From the IMG/VR virus record IMGVR_UViG_3300045988_011289, positions 1-24,475 of that record: 24,475 bases of DNA. One strand, written 5' to 3'. The notes beneath the pieces are model-generated. The model worked only from the letters and a program-made list of their open reading frames with translations, did no database searches and was not told where the DNA came from. Below are positions 15,447 to 22,452 of this stretch, piece by piece. The position numbers and the translations under genes are program-made. This stretch comes from a virus. Within the stretch, counting starts at the first letter, position 1; every line of letters starts with the position of its first letter.

Positions 15447-15522
15447 TGGTTGCAGGAGAAGGATTTGCACCATTCGACCTCTAGCTAATAAGACTAGTGA
15501 GCTACTACTGCTCTATCCTGCT
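15447..15522 (-). tRNA. tRNA-like gene, anticodon UAU (reads AUA), initiator-tRNA-like body, encoded CCA
   Basis: Hand-folded 76-nt cloverleaf: AGCAGGA-UA-GAGC-AGUAGUA-GCUC-A-CUAGU-CUUAUUA-GCUAG-AGGUC-GAAUGG-UGCAAAU-CCUUC-UCCUGCA-A-CCA. The acceptor stem has 6 bp plus an A1xA72 mismatch. The D stem has 4 bp and the anticodon stem 5 bp including one G.U pair. The T stem has 5 bp with one bulged U. U8, A14, G15:C48, A21, U33, G53:C61 and U54/A58 are present. Atypical positions are G55, U19 and U37. Confidence 0.65.
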
Positions 15523-15528
15523 AAAACA

Positions 15529-15537
15529 ATTATTACA
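15529..15537 (-). promoter_or_regulatory. Possible extended -10 element (TGTAATAAT) for the tRNA
   Basis: The minus strand reads TG-T-AATAAT and ends 6 nt before tRNA nucleotide 1. No -35 element was recognised. This is weak, pattern-only evidence. Confidence 0.25.
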
Positions 15538-15539
15538 TG

Positions 15540-15562
15540 AAAAAATGCTCACATTGTGAGCA
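15540..15562 (-). terminator. Intrinsic terminator overlapping the end of the late-activator gene; contains palindrome copy 2
   Basis: The minus strand reads TGCTCAC-AAT-GTGAGCA followed by TTTTTT. The stop codon TGA (15549-15551) lies within the 3' arm of the stem. The core GCTCACA-N-TGTGAGC also occurs at 6513-6527. Confidence 0.7.
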
Positions 15563-15875
15563 CTTTCTTTAAGTTCTTATTTATTTTTCTTGGGATTTCT
15601 TCTCTTGCATAACCTACAATATTAGATGTCTTTTCTGCACTGAATCCTTTTATATATCTATACTCAATCATTGTTCGAGTTGTATCATCAAGTTGGCTTA
15701 ATTTTTCTTTTACATAGTTCATTCTTCTTGCATAATCTGCATGAGCCAAGAATAGCTCGGCTTTTAAAGGATAAATTGCTTCATCCCTTTGTAGCTCTGC
15801 TATCTTTTGCTCATAATATGTGTACGATTGGCATTCACACAAGAAGTGTCTCTTAATATCTTCATATGTACTCAT
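15549..15875 (-). CDS. Putative late-gene transcriptional activator (ArpU/RinA/sigma region 4-like)
   Basis: Track ORF of 108 aa in an ATGA overlap with the upstream ORF. It is the last early gene before the packaging module. The C-terminal IEYRYIKGFSAEKTSNIVGYAREEIPRKINKNLKKV looks like an HTH. Confidence 0.5.
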   Translation of the reverse strand: MSTYEDIKRHFLCECQSYTYYEQKIAELQRDEAIYPLKAELFLAHADYARRMNYVKEKLSQLDDTTRTMIEYRYIKGFSAEKTSNIVGYAREEIPRKINKNLKKVLTM

Positions 15876-16066
15876 GAACTGTATACCTTATACAATCTAT
15901 CCTTTAATTCGCCAACTTCACTTCTTAATTTCTTAATTTCTTTAGCTTGAGTATGAATTGTTGCGTTTCTTTCTTTTAAAGTCTGCTCCAATTCAATATT
16001 CTTCCTTCCTGGTCTGTTGTTTTTAGAAATTAACTCTTTAATCCTTTCTTCATAATTCATTTCTAT
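15872..16066 (-). CDS. Small coiled-coil protein; start ATA 16066 or ATG 16060
   Basis: This uses the frame of track ORF 15872-16075. The track's GTG start abuts AGGAGG (16075-16080) with zero spacing. ATA at 16064-16066 is 8 nt from the SD. ATG at 16058-16060 is 14 nt from it. Confidence 0.7.
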   Translation of the reverse strand: MEMNYEERIKELISKNNRPGRKNIELEQTLKERNATIHTQAKEIKKLRSEVGELKDRLYKVYSS

Positions 16067-16078
16067 TAGTGCCACCTC

Positions 16079-16561
16079 CTAGAATGGTAAATCATCTGAA
16101 GCAATATCTAAATTGCTTTCACCGTTATATTCTTGTTGTGCAATCTGTTGTGTTAAACTAGGTTGCGTATATGTGTTTTGAACGCCGTAAGCGTTGCTAT
16201 TTGCTTGATTTGGATATTGATATGCATTTACATTAGAACTATAATTCTGCCCATTAGAAGTGTTTTTAGGCGGTAATTGTACGTTACTAGCTACAACTTC
16301 AGTGATATAAATTCTTTGTCCTTGTTGGTTCTCATAATTTCTAACACTGATTCTTCCTTCAACTGTAACTAAATCACCTTTCTTGCAATACATATTTACG
16401 ATATCTGCCAATTTATTCCATGCCACACAATTAATAAAATCTGTAGTGTCATTGTATCCATTTACTGCTACCGTAAACTTTGCTACGCTATTTCCATTTT
16501 GTGTTTTTGATAATTCGACATCTTTTGTTAGATGTCCTGCTATTACTGCTACATTAATCAT
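16079..16561 (-). CDS. ssb: Single-stranded DNA-binding protein
   Basis: Track ORF of 160 aa. The OB-fold N-terminus reads MINVAVIAGHLTKDVELSKTQNGNSVAKFTVAVN. A Gln/Asn/Tyr-rich linker follows, and the acidic C-terminal tip is DDLPF. Confidence 0.92.
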   Translation of the reverse strand: MINVAVIAGHLTKDVELSKTQNGNSVAKFTVAVNGYNDTTDFINCVAWNKLADIVNMYCKKGDLVTVEGRISVRNYENQQGQRIYITEVVASNVQLPPKNTSNGQNYSSNVNAYQYPNQANSNAYGVQNTYTQPSLTQQIAQQEYNGESNLDIASDDLPF

Positions 16562-17054
16562 TTTTTATTACCCCACAATTCCATAAAATATCTGTAATTT
16601 TTTCATCCTTATTAATGTCTTTGAAATACCCTTTTTCTTTCATTACGATTAAAGGCATTATATCTTTAAACTTATATCCGCTTGCATAACTTTGTAATAA
16701 ATCATATTCAAACTGAGTTAATTTATACTTTCGCTTAAATGGCTTTAACATCCATTCAATTCTCTTTTTAGCACAAAGTATCCTATCTTTGAAAAAACAT
16801 TGGTCACACAAAATCCATTTGCACGTTGTTGGTTTTCCATTCACTAGTGCAAAATCATAGCCTGCACTTTTGATTTCTTCTTTATAATGTTCAAGGTTAG
16901 ACTCTTTTTTTTCTTCAAAATGTTCATTTACTAATTCACGTAAAAGATTTAAATTGTCGTCAAATCTTCTCGTTTGACTGTTTAAAAAAGTAATACCGTA
17001 AAAAGCGTCATTCATTTCTTTTAATGCTTTTTCATATTCTTCTTTTGTTGTCAT
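16554..17054 (-). CDS. Hypothetical protein
   Basis: This uses the frame of track ORF 16554-17063. I start at ATG 17054, in a TAATG overlap with the upstream small ORF and after GGGGTGG. Confidence 0.75.
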   Translation of the reverse strand: MTTKEEYEKALKEMNDAFYGITFLNSQTRRFDDNLNLLRELVNEHFEEKKESNLEHYKEEIKSAGYDFALVNGKPTTCKWILCDQCFFKDRILCAKKRIEWMLKPFKRKYKLTQFEYDLLQSYASGYKFKDIMPLIVMKEKGYFKDINKDEKITDILWNCGVIKND

Positions 17055-17158
17055 TAAATCCACCCCAATTCTTCAACCTGTTTGTTAACTGCTTTTAATG
17101 TATTGTCAAAAGCACGTTTTTTATACCCTAGCTTTTTAAACATTTCTCTAGCAGTCAT
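17054..17158 (-). CDS. Small ORF (34 aa)
   Basis: It is not in the track. The product is MTAREMFKKLGYKKRAFDNTLKAVNKQVEELGWI. It bridges the gap with overlaps at both ends. Confidence 0.4.
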   Translation of the reverse strand: MTAREMFKKLGYKKRAFDNTLKAVNKQVEELGWI

Positions 17159-17453
17159 CTTTATCTTCCTCCATTAACTTCTGCCCACAGAATGGACAAC
17201 GAGGGTAATATTTGTTTCCATTATAAGTTGGAATAGGCACAACTCCATGCTCACATGTTGGACAACATAACATCAAATCTCCGCATGGTCCAATTTCAAC
17301 ATCTATTGGTTTCTTTGGTGTTTCTTTATCCGTAAGGTCACCCAACAATCGAAAATATAACTTGGCACGGTCAGTCTCTTCTATCCCTGCTACATCACAC
17401 GTAACTTGATATTCCTTTTCAAGAACTTGCAACACTTTTTGATATTCATTCAT
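17148..17453 (-). CDS. Zinc-ribbon protein (CPTC...CPFC)
   Basis: Track ORF of 101 aa with two CxxC pairs. Confidence 0.75.
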   Translation of the reverse strand: MNEYQKVLQVLEKEYQVTCDVAGIEETDRAKLYFRLLGDLTDKETPKKPIDVEIGPCGDLMLCCPTCEHGVVPIPTYNGNKYYPRCPFCGQKLMEEDKDDC

Positions 17454-17479
17454 ACGCTTTTATCTCCCTTTTTAAATCA

Positions 17480-17764
17480 TCAATAGAGTTGATACTCATA
17501 TGCCTTTATCTCCCTTTTTAAATCGTCAATGGCTTTCTTAACATCCTTTAAATCCATATCAAAGTTACTAACTAAATCTGCCATACGATTGTTAGAATAG
17601 CTCTGTAAAGCCGATTCTAGCGTTGTATGGTATGAGATAGGCTTTTGTGCGTCTATCTCATTTCCTTCTTTATCCTTACCCTTTACGAACGTTACAAGGG
17701 CGAATGAACCACCGTTAGAAGTGATTGCATAATTATTTTGTAATCTAATCATTTTCATTCTCAT
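17480..17764 (-). CDS. Hypothetical protein
   Basis: Track ORF of 94 aa in the tightly packed minus-strand operon. Confidence 0.7.
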   Translation of the reverse strand: MRMKMIRLQNNYAITSNGGSFALVTFVKGKDKEGNEIDAQKPISYHTTLESALQSYSNNRMADLVSNFDMDLKDVKKAIDDLKREIKAYEYQLY

Positions 17765-17765
17765 T

Positions 17766-18065
17766 TTAACTCATTAATTTATTTTTGTAACGATTATCCA
17801 ATTCTTCCATAACATGCTTTCCACCATATAGTTTCGATGCGTAAACAATGTAGTCTAATTCATCTAGCATACTGTTCATCAAGTCTTTATTGGTACAGAC
17901 AAATTTAATATTCTTTTGCAAAGATAAATAAGTTTGCTCAATTTGTTTATCGATTTCATAAGCACTGCTTTTATCTAATCTGATAAAAGTATTTATTTTT
18001 ATAGTATCTTCTCTTTGCTTTTTTCTTTCCTTTTCTAAGTTTTTTTTCAATTCTTTATCTGTCAT
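17766..18065 (-). CDS. Hypothetical protein
   Basis: Track ORF of 99 aa. Confidence 0.7.
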   Translation of the reverse strand: MTDKELKKNLEKERKKQREDTIKINTFIRLDKSSAYEIDKQIEQTYLSLQKNIKFVCTNKDLMNSMLDELDYIVYASKLYGGKHVMEELDNRYKNKLMS

Positions 18066-18270
18066 TTTTATTCTTTATCCTTTCATCAACTTTTTCTAAG
18101 CAATATTCCGTACAATTATCGTATTTTAAACATTTGCCAAGCTTATACGCTACACATTTATTTTGTAAGCATTTATGGAGTACTGGTCTTGTGAAATTTC
18201 CTTGACCATATACAATTGGCACAACTTCTTCTTTTGAAGTTAAATCAGGACAAAATTTAATCATCTTCAT
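18055..18270 (-). CDS. Cys-rich hypothetical protein
   Basis: Track ORF of 71 aa that overlaps both neighbours. Confidence 0.65.
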   Translation of the reverse strand: MKMIKFCPDLTSKEEVVPIVYGQGNFTRPVLHKCLQNKCVAYKLGKCLKYDNCTEYCLEKVDERIKNKNDR

Positions 18271-18631
18271 CTTTTCTTTCTTTCTCTTTTACTAATTCTT
18301 CATATTTATCGAGTATAAATGCATCCATTTCTTGCTTTGTGAAACCTAGTTTTAATAATTCATCTTTACAATTCATTCCATAATTCCATATATCATCACT
18401 CAATAATTCCTCTAGTGAATCATTATTAACATCTATATATTTACATCTGTATTCTAAGATGTATTGTTTATACTGCTCTATTTTTTCTGCCAAATCATTT
18501 ATTTCTTTTTTGGCTTGTGCAACATCTTCACTATGTGATTCTTGCTCATCTTTTAGTTCTCTTTTTAAGTGCTCACTATTAAATTTCAATATGTCATATT
18601 CTCTCAATGACATTTGCACAAAACTTTCCAT
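18257..18631 (-). CDS. Hypothetical acidic protein
   Basis: Track ORF of 124 aa with AAAGGAGGA upstream of the ATG. Confidence 0.75.
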   Translation of the reverse strand: MESFVQMSLREYDILKFNSEHLKRELKDEQESHSEDVAQAKKEINDLAEKIEQYKQYILEYRCKYIDVNNDSLEELLSDDIWNYGMNCKDELLKLGFTKQEMDAFILDKYEELVKEKERKDEDD

Positions 18632-18801
18632 TAAAAGTCATCCTCCTTTGGCGGTAAGCATCTAACTACTAAACCACTTTGAAGAAAATCTCTAATCATG
18701 TCTTCGTATTCTTCTTTTGTAAATTTATTCAAATCAATATCAAATGGCATAATTTTACATCCATATTTCCTATTTATTTCATGATATTCTTCAAATGTCA
18801 T
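18631..18801 (-). CDS. Small ORF (56 aa)
   Basis: It is not in the track. It has an ATGA overlap upstream and a TAATG overlap downstream. The product is MTFEEYHEINRKYGCKIMPFDIDLNKFTKEEYEDMIRDFLQSGLVVRCLPPKEDDF. It fills the gap exactly. Confidence 0.6.
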   Translation of the reverse strand: MTFEEYHEINRKYGCKIMPFDIDLNKFTKEEYEDMIRDFLQSGLVVRCLPPKEDDF

Positions 18802-19037
18802 ACCTCAACATCCTCATCTTGTGGCATTTGGAATGTTTCACCGTATGAACATTCGTACCATTCTTGAATATCGTTTAAAACTGATAAAGCTTTATATTTA
18901 GCAGTATATGTACCTAAACTAACGCTTATACCACTTTTGCCACTTAATGTAATCACTGCATATTTAACGCCGTGTTCTTCAATTGCGAAAAAGTCGCAAT
19001 CCATTAAAATTTTTCCATCTTGGCTTCTAATCCACAT
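18798..19037 (-). CDS. Hypothetical protein (79 aa)
   Basis: This uses the frame of track ORF 18798-19085. I start at ATG 19037, after GGAGGGG and in a TAATG overlap with the dUTPase-like stop. Confidence 0.7.
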   Translation of the reverse strand: MWIRSQDGKILMDCDFFAIEEHGVKYAVITLSGKSGISVSLGTYTAKYKALSVLNDIQEWYECSYGETFQMPQDEDVEV

Positions 19038-19552
19038 TAATACCCCTCCTTCAATCTCTGATAGTTGATTTTGTTCTTTACACAATAAGCGTCATAAACC
19101 TGTTCGATTGTGAAGCCTAGGTATTCTGTGATTGCGACTAATACTGTGATAATAGAACATTTATAATAAACTAAATGAGATAGTGCGAATGGCAAACTTA
19201 ATGTTTTAATTCTTAACCGTTCTAGTAAAGTGCCCGACATTTCTTTTTCATTTAAATAACTACATAGCATTTCTTCTCCGGAATTGAAATGATTTTGATA
19301 GATTAATACAAAATGCCAAACATCAACTAATTCACCTAAAACTTTTTTATCATCTACAGGTGCTTGAGTCTTTTTCCACCAACACCATTCACCTTTTAAC
19401 TCATGAGTTAATTCTCCTACTTCATCAAGTGTTGCGAATCTCAACTTCTCTTCATCGATTTCAGTTAATCCATATGCGCTCATAATTGATTTATCTAATT
19501 CTGCTTGTTTATGTAACATTTCTTTAATTAATTCAAATTCTTTACTTGTCAT
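19037..19552 (-). CDS. Dimeric (all-alpha) dUTPase / MazG-like NTP pyrophosphohydrolase
   Basis: Track ORF of 171 aa. The pattern LDEVGELTHELKGEWCWWKK...LGELVDVWHFVL matches the dUTPase_2/MazG-type motif arrangement from memory. Confidence 0.65.
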   Translation of the reverse strand: MTSKEFELIKEMLHKQAELDKSIMSAYGLTEIDEEKLRFATLDEVGELTHELKGEWCWWKKTQAPVDDKKVLGELVDVWHFVLIYQNHFNSGEEMLCSYLNEKEMSGTLLERLRIKTLSLPFALSHLVYYKCSIITVLVAITEYLGFTIEQVYDAYCVKNKINYQRLKEGY

Positions 19553-19565
19553 TTGTTATCTCCTT

Positions 19566-19823
19566 TTATAATTCAACATTTTCAATCAATGCTCTTTTTT
19601 CGAGGATTGATAAATATAATCCCATGTACCTTTTCTGCTCCCTTAGTAATTCAAGTGGGCAATCATGCTTAGTTACTTCTTTCCCAAGCATTTCTTCAAC
19701 TTCAATTTTGTTGCAGAAATTCTTCAATTTCTCATATCTGATTTTTACTTGGCGATATTCTGCTACAAATCTTTCTTTGTAATCGCTTGAACACATTAAT
19801 TCAATTGTTTCTTTTAATTCCAT
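19566..19823 (-). CDS. Hypothetical conserved small phage protein
   Basis: Track ORF of 85 aa with AAAGGAG upstream of the ATG. Confidence 0.75.
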   Translation of the reverse strand: MELKETIELMCSSDYKERFVAEYRQVKIRYEKLKNFCNKIEVEEMLGKEVTKHDCPLELLREQKRYMGLYLSILEKRALIENVEL

Positions 19824-19912
19824 GTTGTTTTTCTCCTTTTTCCTACCATTAGGCTATATAGAAGAAGTGTTGCACCACTTCCACATATAGCTCCACAAAT
19901 CCAATTAATCAT
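19814..19912 (-). CDS. Small hydrophobic peptide (32 aa)
   Basis: It is not in the track. Its ATG follows GAAGGGGATTAA. The product is MINWICGAICGSGATLLLYSLMVGKRRKTTWN, which has one predicted TM-like stretch. Confidence 0.4.
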   Translation of the reverse strand: MINWICGAICGSGATLLLYSLMVGKRRKTTWN

Positions 19913-20242
19913 TTAATCCCCTTCTAGCTCTAATTTATCGATTGAAAGTTTCAATTTTTCTGCGTATAGCGTAATGTATATCATTCTGTCTAAATCAGTT
20001 TCACTTAAATCATAAATATATGATTGTAATTCGCTTGATAGACAGTTTAGTAAAGTCTCTTTATTTATGAAATCATCTGATATTCTTTCAATTCGCTCAG
20101 TAAGTTCTGATGTCATTTGTAATACATCTCTTATTCCTTCAAACATCATTTTTTCTTCTTGAGGTTCTTTATACAAAATAGTTTTAATACGTTCATTTAC
20201 TTTATTGTTGATTATGATTAAAGCTTTTATTTTGTTATCCAT
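19913..20242 (-). CDS. Hypothetical protein
   Basis: This uses the frame of track ORF 19913-20248. The second ATG (20242) is 6 nt from AAAGGGA, whereas the first ATG abuts it. Confidence 0.7.
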   Translation of the reverse strand: MDNKIKALIIINNKVNERIKTILYKEPQEEKMMFEGIRDVLQMTSELTERIERISDDFINKETLLNCLSSELQSYIYDLSETDLDRMIYITLYAEKLKLSIDKLELEGD

Positions 20243-20255
20243 ATTCATTCCCTTT

Positions 20256-21014
20256 CTATGCTCTTAATATTTCCCTTCTCACTCGTTCCATTTCTTTCTG
20301 TACATCTGCATACGATTGATTGCTTTCTTGTGCATAGAATTTAGAATCAAGTTTTACAGGATTGACAGGATTGTTCTTATTTCTTTTCATCCATTCATCA
20401 TGTACCCACTTTTGAATCACTAGTGAATGGTTCTTGTATTTCTTTCCGGATGTTTCAATATATTCATCTAATATCTTTATATGCTCATCTAATGAATCAC
20501 CATATAAATCTAATAGGTGTGTGTGTTCTTTATCTGTAAGTAACACGTGTGAATATTCACCGTATTTGTGTTTACTTACTTTTAATTTATTATTAATTTT
20601 AGTATTAATAACTTTATTATTATCTTTAACATTTTTGTTAATAGGAGTATTTACGATTTCGTTTATACCCTCTAAATCATTTTGTATATACCTATTAACA
20701 TTTTTGTTAATAGGGGTATTTACAATATATAAATGCCTTTCGATAATTTCTTTTGTTCCTTCTTTATACAATGTTTCTACGGCAATATATCCTTTTTTGT
20801 ATAGAGTGCTAATCCATCTACTTACTGTAATTTTAGAAACTTTATATAAATCTGCGAAATATTGATTTGTTGCCCAACAATATCCTTTTTCATTACACAA
20901 TGATGTAATTTCTCCATACAATAGTTTTGCGTTTGGTGGCAATTCTTCATCATATCGAACTTCTGCAGGTATTATTGCGTAATACGATTTCTTTAGTTCT
21001 GCTATTCTAATCAC
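20256..21014 (-). CDS. HTH replication initiator / replisome-organizer-like protein; start uncertain (GTG 21014 or ATA 21005)
   Basis: Track ORF of 252 aa. The N-terminal YYAIIPAEVRYDEELPPNAKLLYGEITSLCNEKGYCWATNQYFADLYKVSKITVSRWISTLYKKGYI is a familiar phage HTH replication-protein N-terminus. GTG 21014 lies inside the GGGGG run. ATA at 21003-21005 is 8 nt after GGGGG and 1 nt after the RusA TAG. Confidence 0.8.
   Translation of the reverse strand: MIRIAELKKSYYAIIPAEVRYDEELPPNAKLLYGEITSLCNEKGYCWATNQYFADLYKVSKITVSRWISTLYKKGYIAVETLYKEGTKEIIERHLYIVNTPINKNVNRYIQNDLEGINEIVNTPINKNVKDNNKVINTKINNKLKVSKHKYGEYSHVLLTDKEHTHLLDLYGDSLDEHIKILDEYIETSGKKYKNHSLVIQKWVHDEWMKRNKNNPVNPVKLDSKFYAQESNQSYADVQKEMERVRREILRA
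20626..20723. repeat. Two 29-nt direct repeats (28/29 identical, 69-bp period) inside the initiator gene; candidate iterons/origin
   Basis: ttaacatttttgttaataggagtatttac at 20626-20654 and ttaacatttttgttaataggggtatttac at 20695-20723. Both encode VNTPINKNV. A very AT-rich tract at about 20581-20625 is adjacent. Confidence 0.6.
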
Positions 21015-21384
21015 CCCCTAGAATTTCTACCTCTATTCTTGGATTCTCTTTATCTGTAAATACTGAATGATTCACTTGATTAATGTATTTTCTTGAATCA
21101 TCCTCGAGTATTCCTGTTCTAACTAATGAATCTTGAATGAATTTAGTTGCAAATGTTATGTTGTCAATATCTTTTCTGTCATTCGGTTCATACCATGTGA
21201 TATTTAACTGAACAGGATATTTCTTGATTTCATAAATTTCACCGAAATTCACTGCCTGTAAGATGTAAGCCATAATTAAGCGTTCATTCTTTTTCTTCAT
21301 CTCTGCGCCTTTATACCTATTAGCTCTACAAGCGTTGATATATTCATTTAGTCCGTCTAATCGTCCTTTAATTGTAAATTTTAT
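21007..21384 (-). CDS. rusA: RusA-family Holliday junction resolvase, ATA-start model (125 aa)
   Basis: This extends track ORF 21007-21300 by 28 codons. The frame is open up to the TAG at 21409-21411. ATA at 21382-21384 lies 6 nt after AAGGTGG (21391-21397). The extension gives (M)KFTIKGRLDGLNEYINACRANRYKGAE-MKKK. The RKDIDNITFATKFIQDSLVRTGILEDD motif matches RusA from memory. Confidence 0.75.
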   Translation of the reverse strand: MKFTIKGRLDGLNEYINACRANRYKGAEMKKKNERLIMAYILQAVNFGEIYEIKKYPVQLNITWYEPNDRKDIDNITFATKFIQDSLVRTGILEDDSRKYINQVNHSVFTDKENPRIEVEILGGD

Positions 21385-21919
21385 TTTCTTCCACCTTGAT
21401 TCCTTTATCTAAATAATATTGAGTACTGATTCCTAGTTGTTCTGCATAATCTAATATGCAATCAATTAAGACTCCCATTTGCTTTGTGTCCATTTGTGAT
21501 GAGCCTAGAAACAATCTACAATTTACAAATTCATTTCCATTGTCTCTTATCTCAGTACCCAATATTTGAACCGCTCTAACTCCATGTGCTTGAGCCAACG
21601 AATCAACACCATCTTTCAAAACTGAAACATATGTATATAAAGCTTTTGCCATTCTCAAGAATTCGCAATACATATCCCATGTATCGTTATGACTAGCGTT
21701 TTCGTTTTCACTTATTTCCTTGATTAATGCCCACATAAGCCGATTCTGATTATTCGTACGTAAATGCTTAACAGAATCAATAATCACGCTATATGACCCT
21801 TTTTCGAGGGTCTGAGCATATGATTCGTATATTGGCTCAGTTAATTCAAATGTTATTTCTAGGTTTCCATCTTCATTTCTTGATTTTCGGATGAAGTTGC
21901 CTATCAATTTTGTTTTCAA
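21368..21919 (-). CDS. NinB/Orf-like recombination protein
   Basis: Track ORF of 183 aa with a TTG start. RTNNQNRLMWALIKEISE and LGSSQMDTKQMGVLIDCILDYAEQLGI parallel lambda NinB segments (LDQNRKLWACLGDVS and GQSTSRMRVGEFAELLELIQAFG) as I recall them. Confidence 0.55.
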   Translation of the reverse strand: MKTKLIGNFIRKSRNEDGNLEITFELTEPIYESYAQTLEKGSYSVIIDSVKHLRTNNQNRLMWALIKEISENENASHNDTWDMYCEFLRMAKALYTYVSVLKDGVDSLAQAHGVRAVQILGTEIRDNGNEFVNCRLFLGSSQMDTKQMGVLIDCILDYAEQLGISTQYYLDKGIKVEENKIYN

Positions 21920-22146
21920 AATCTCATTTGCTCCATTTCTTCAAATTTTTGAATTCTGAAAAGTTCCATTTGCTCTTCTGTAATTCCTAGCTCTTTCATT
22001 CTATTAACATCCGTCCATGAATCTTGATACGGATTGAAATTCTCATCCATGATGTAATTTTCTAAATCCTCAATCCTTTTAGCTTGAGAATAATAGATTT
22101 CTCTAGGATATGATTCTTGATTCGTGATAACATTGTATGAATGCAT
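21916..22146 (-). CDS. Hypothetical protein
   Basis: Track ORF of 76 aa with AGGAGGT upstream of the ATG. Confidence 0.75.
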   Translation of the reverse strand: MHSYNVITNQESYPREIYYSQAKRIEDLENYIMDENFNPYQDSWTDVNRMKELGITEEQMELFRIQKFEEMEQMRF

Positions 22147-22155
22147 ATTTACCTC

Positions 22156-22452
22156 CTACAAATAATTCTTATGAAATATCTTCATAAATTCATTTCTTGT
22201 GTGTTCTTCTTCAAACGCCTGTTGGCATTCCTTTTTAAGTTTCATGTCTAATTTGTGATTGAAATGTACTCCTTCACTGCTCATGTTGTGATGTCTAGCA
22301 CATAATCTTACATAACACCCATGCTCAATTGATTTCTTTCTATTAGCAGTGCCAAAATAAATTTCGTGCGTGTGCAAATCTAAAGTTGAACCACATACAT
22401 AACATTTAGACATATCTTTTTGTAAGATTGACTTATCTCGTTTTATTTCCAA
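22156..22452 (-). CDS. CxxC/HH zinc-finger-like phage protein
   Basis: Track ORF of 98 aa containing CYVCG...HE...LCARHH. The start is uncertain (TTG 22452 or an internal ATG). Confidence 0.65.
   Translation of the reverse strand: MEIKRDKSILQKDMSKCYVCGSTLDLHTHEIYFGTANRKKSIEHGCYVRLCARHHNMSSEGVHFNHKLDMKLKKECQQAFEEEHTRNEFMKIFHKNYL

Noticed and set aside
15447-15522. The tRNA-like sequence as a partial tRNA carried in an attP site, or as a plus-strand tRNA.
   Set aside because: The complete cloverleaf with all four arms and CCA is present on the minus strand. No integrase is nearby. The plus-strand reading gives no acceptor/CCA or T-loop geometry.
16073-16075. GTG starts at 16075 and 21014, as given by the ORF track.
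   Set aside because: Both GTGs are part of, or directly abut, the SD G-run with zero spacing, so they are unlikely initiation sites. Better-spaced ATA or ATG codons follow in frame.
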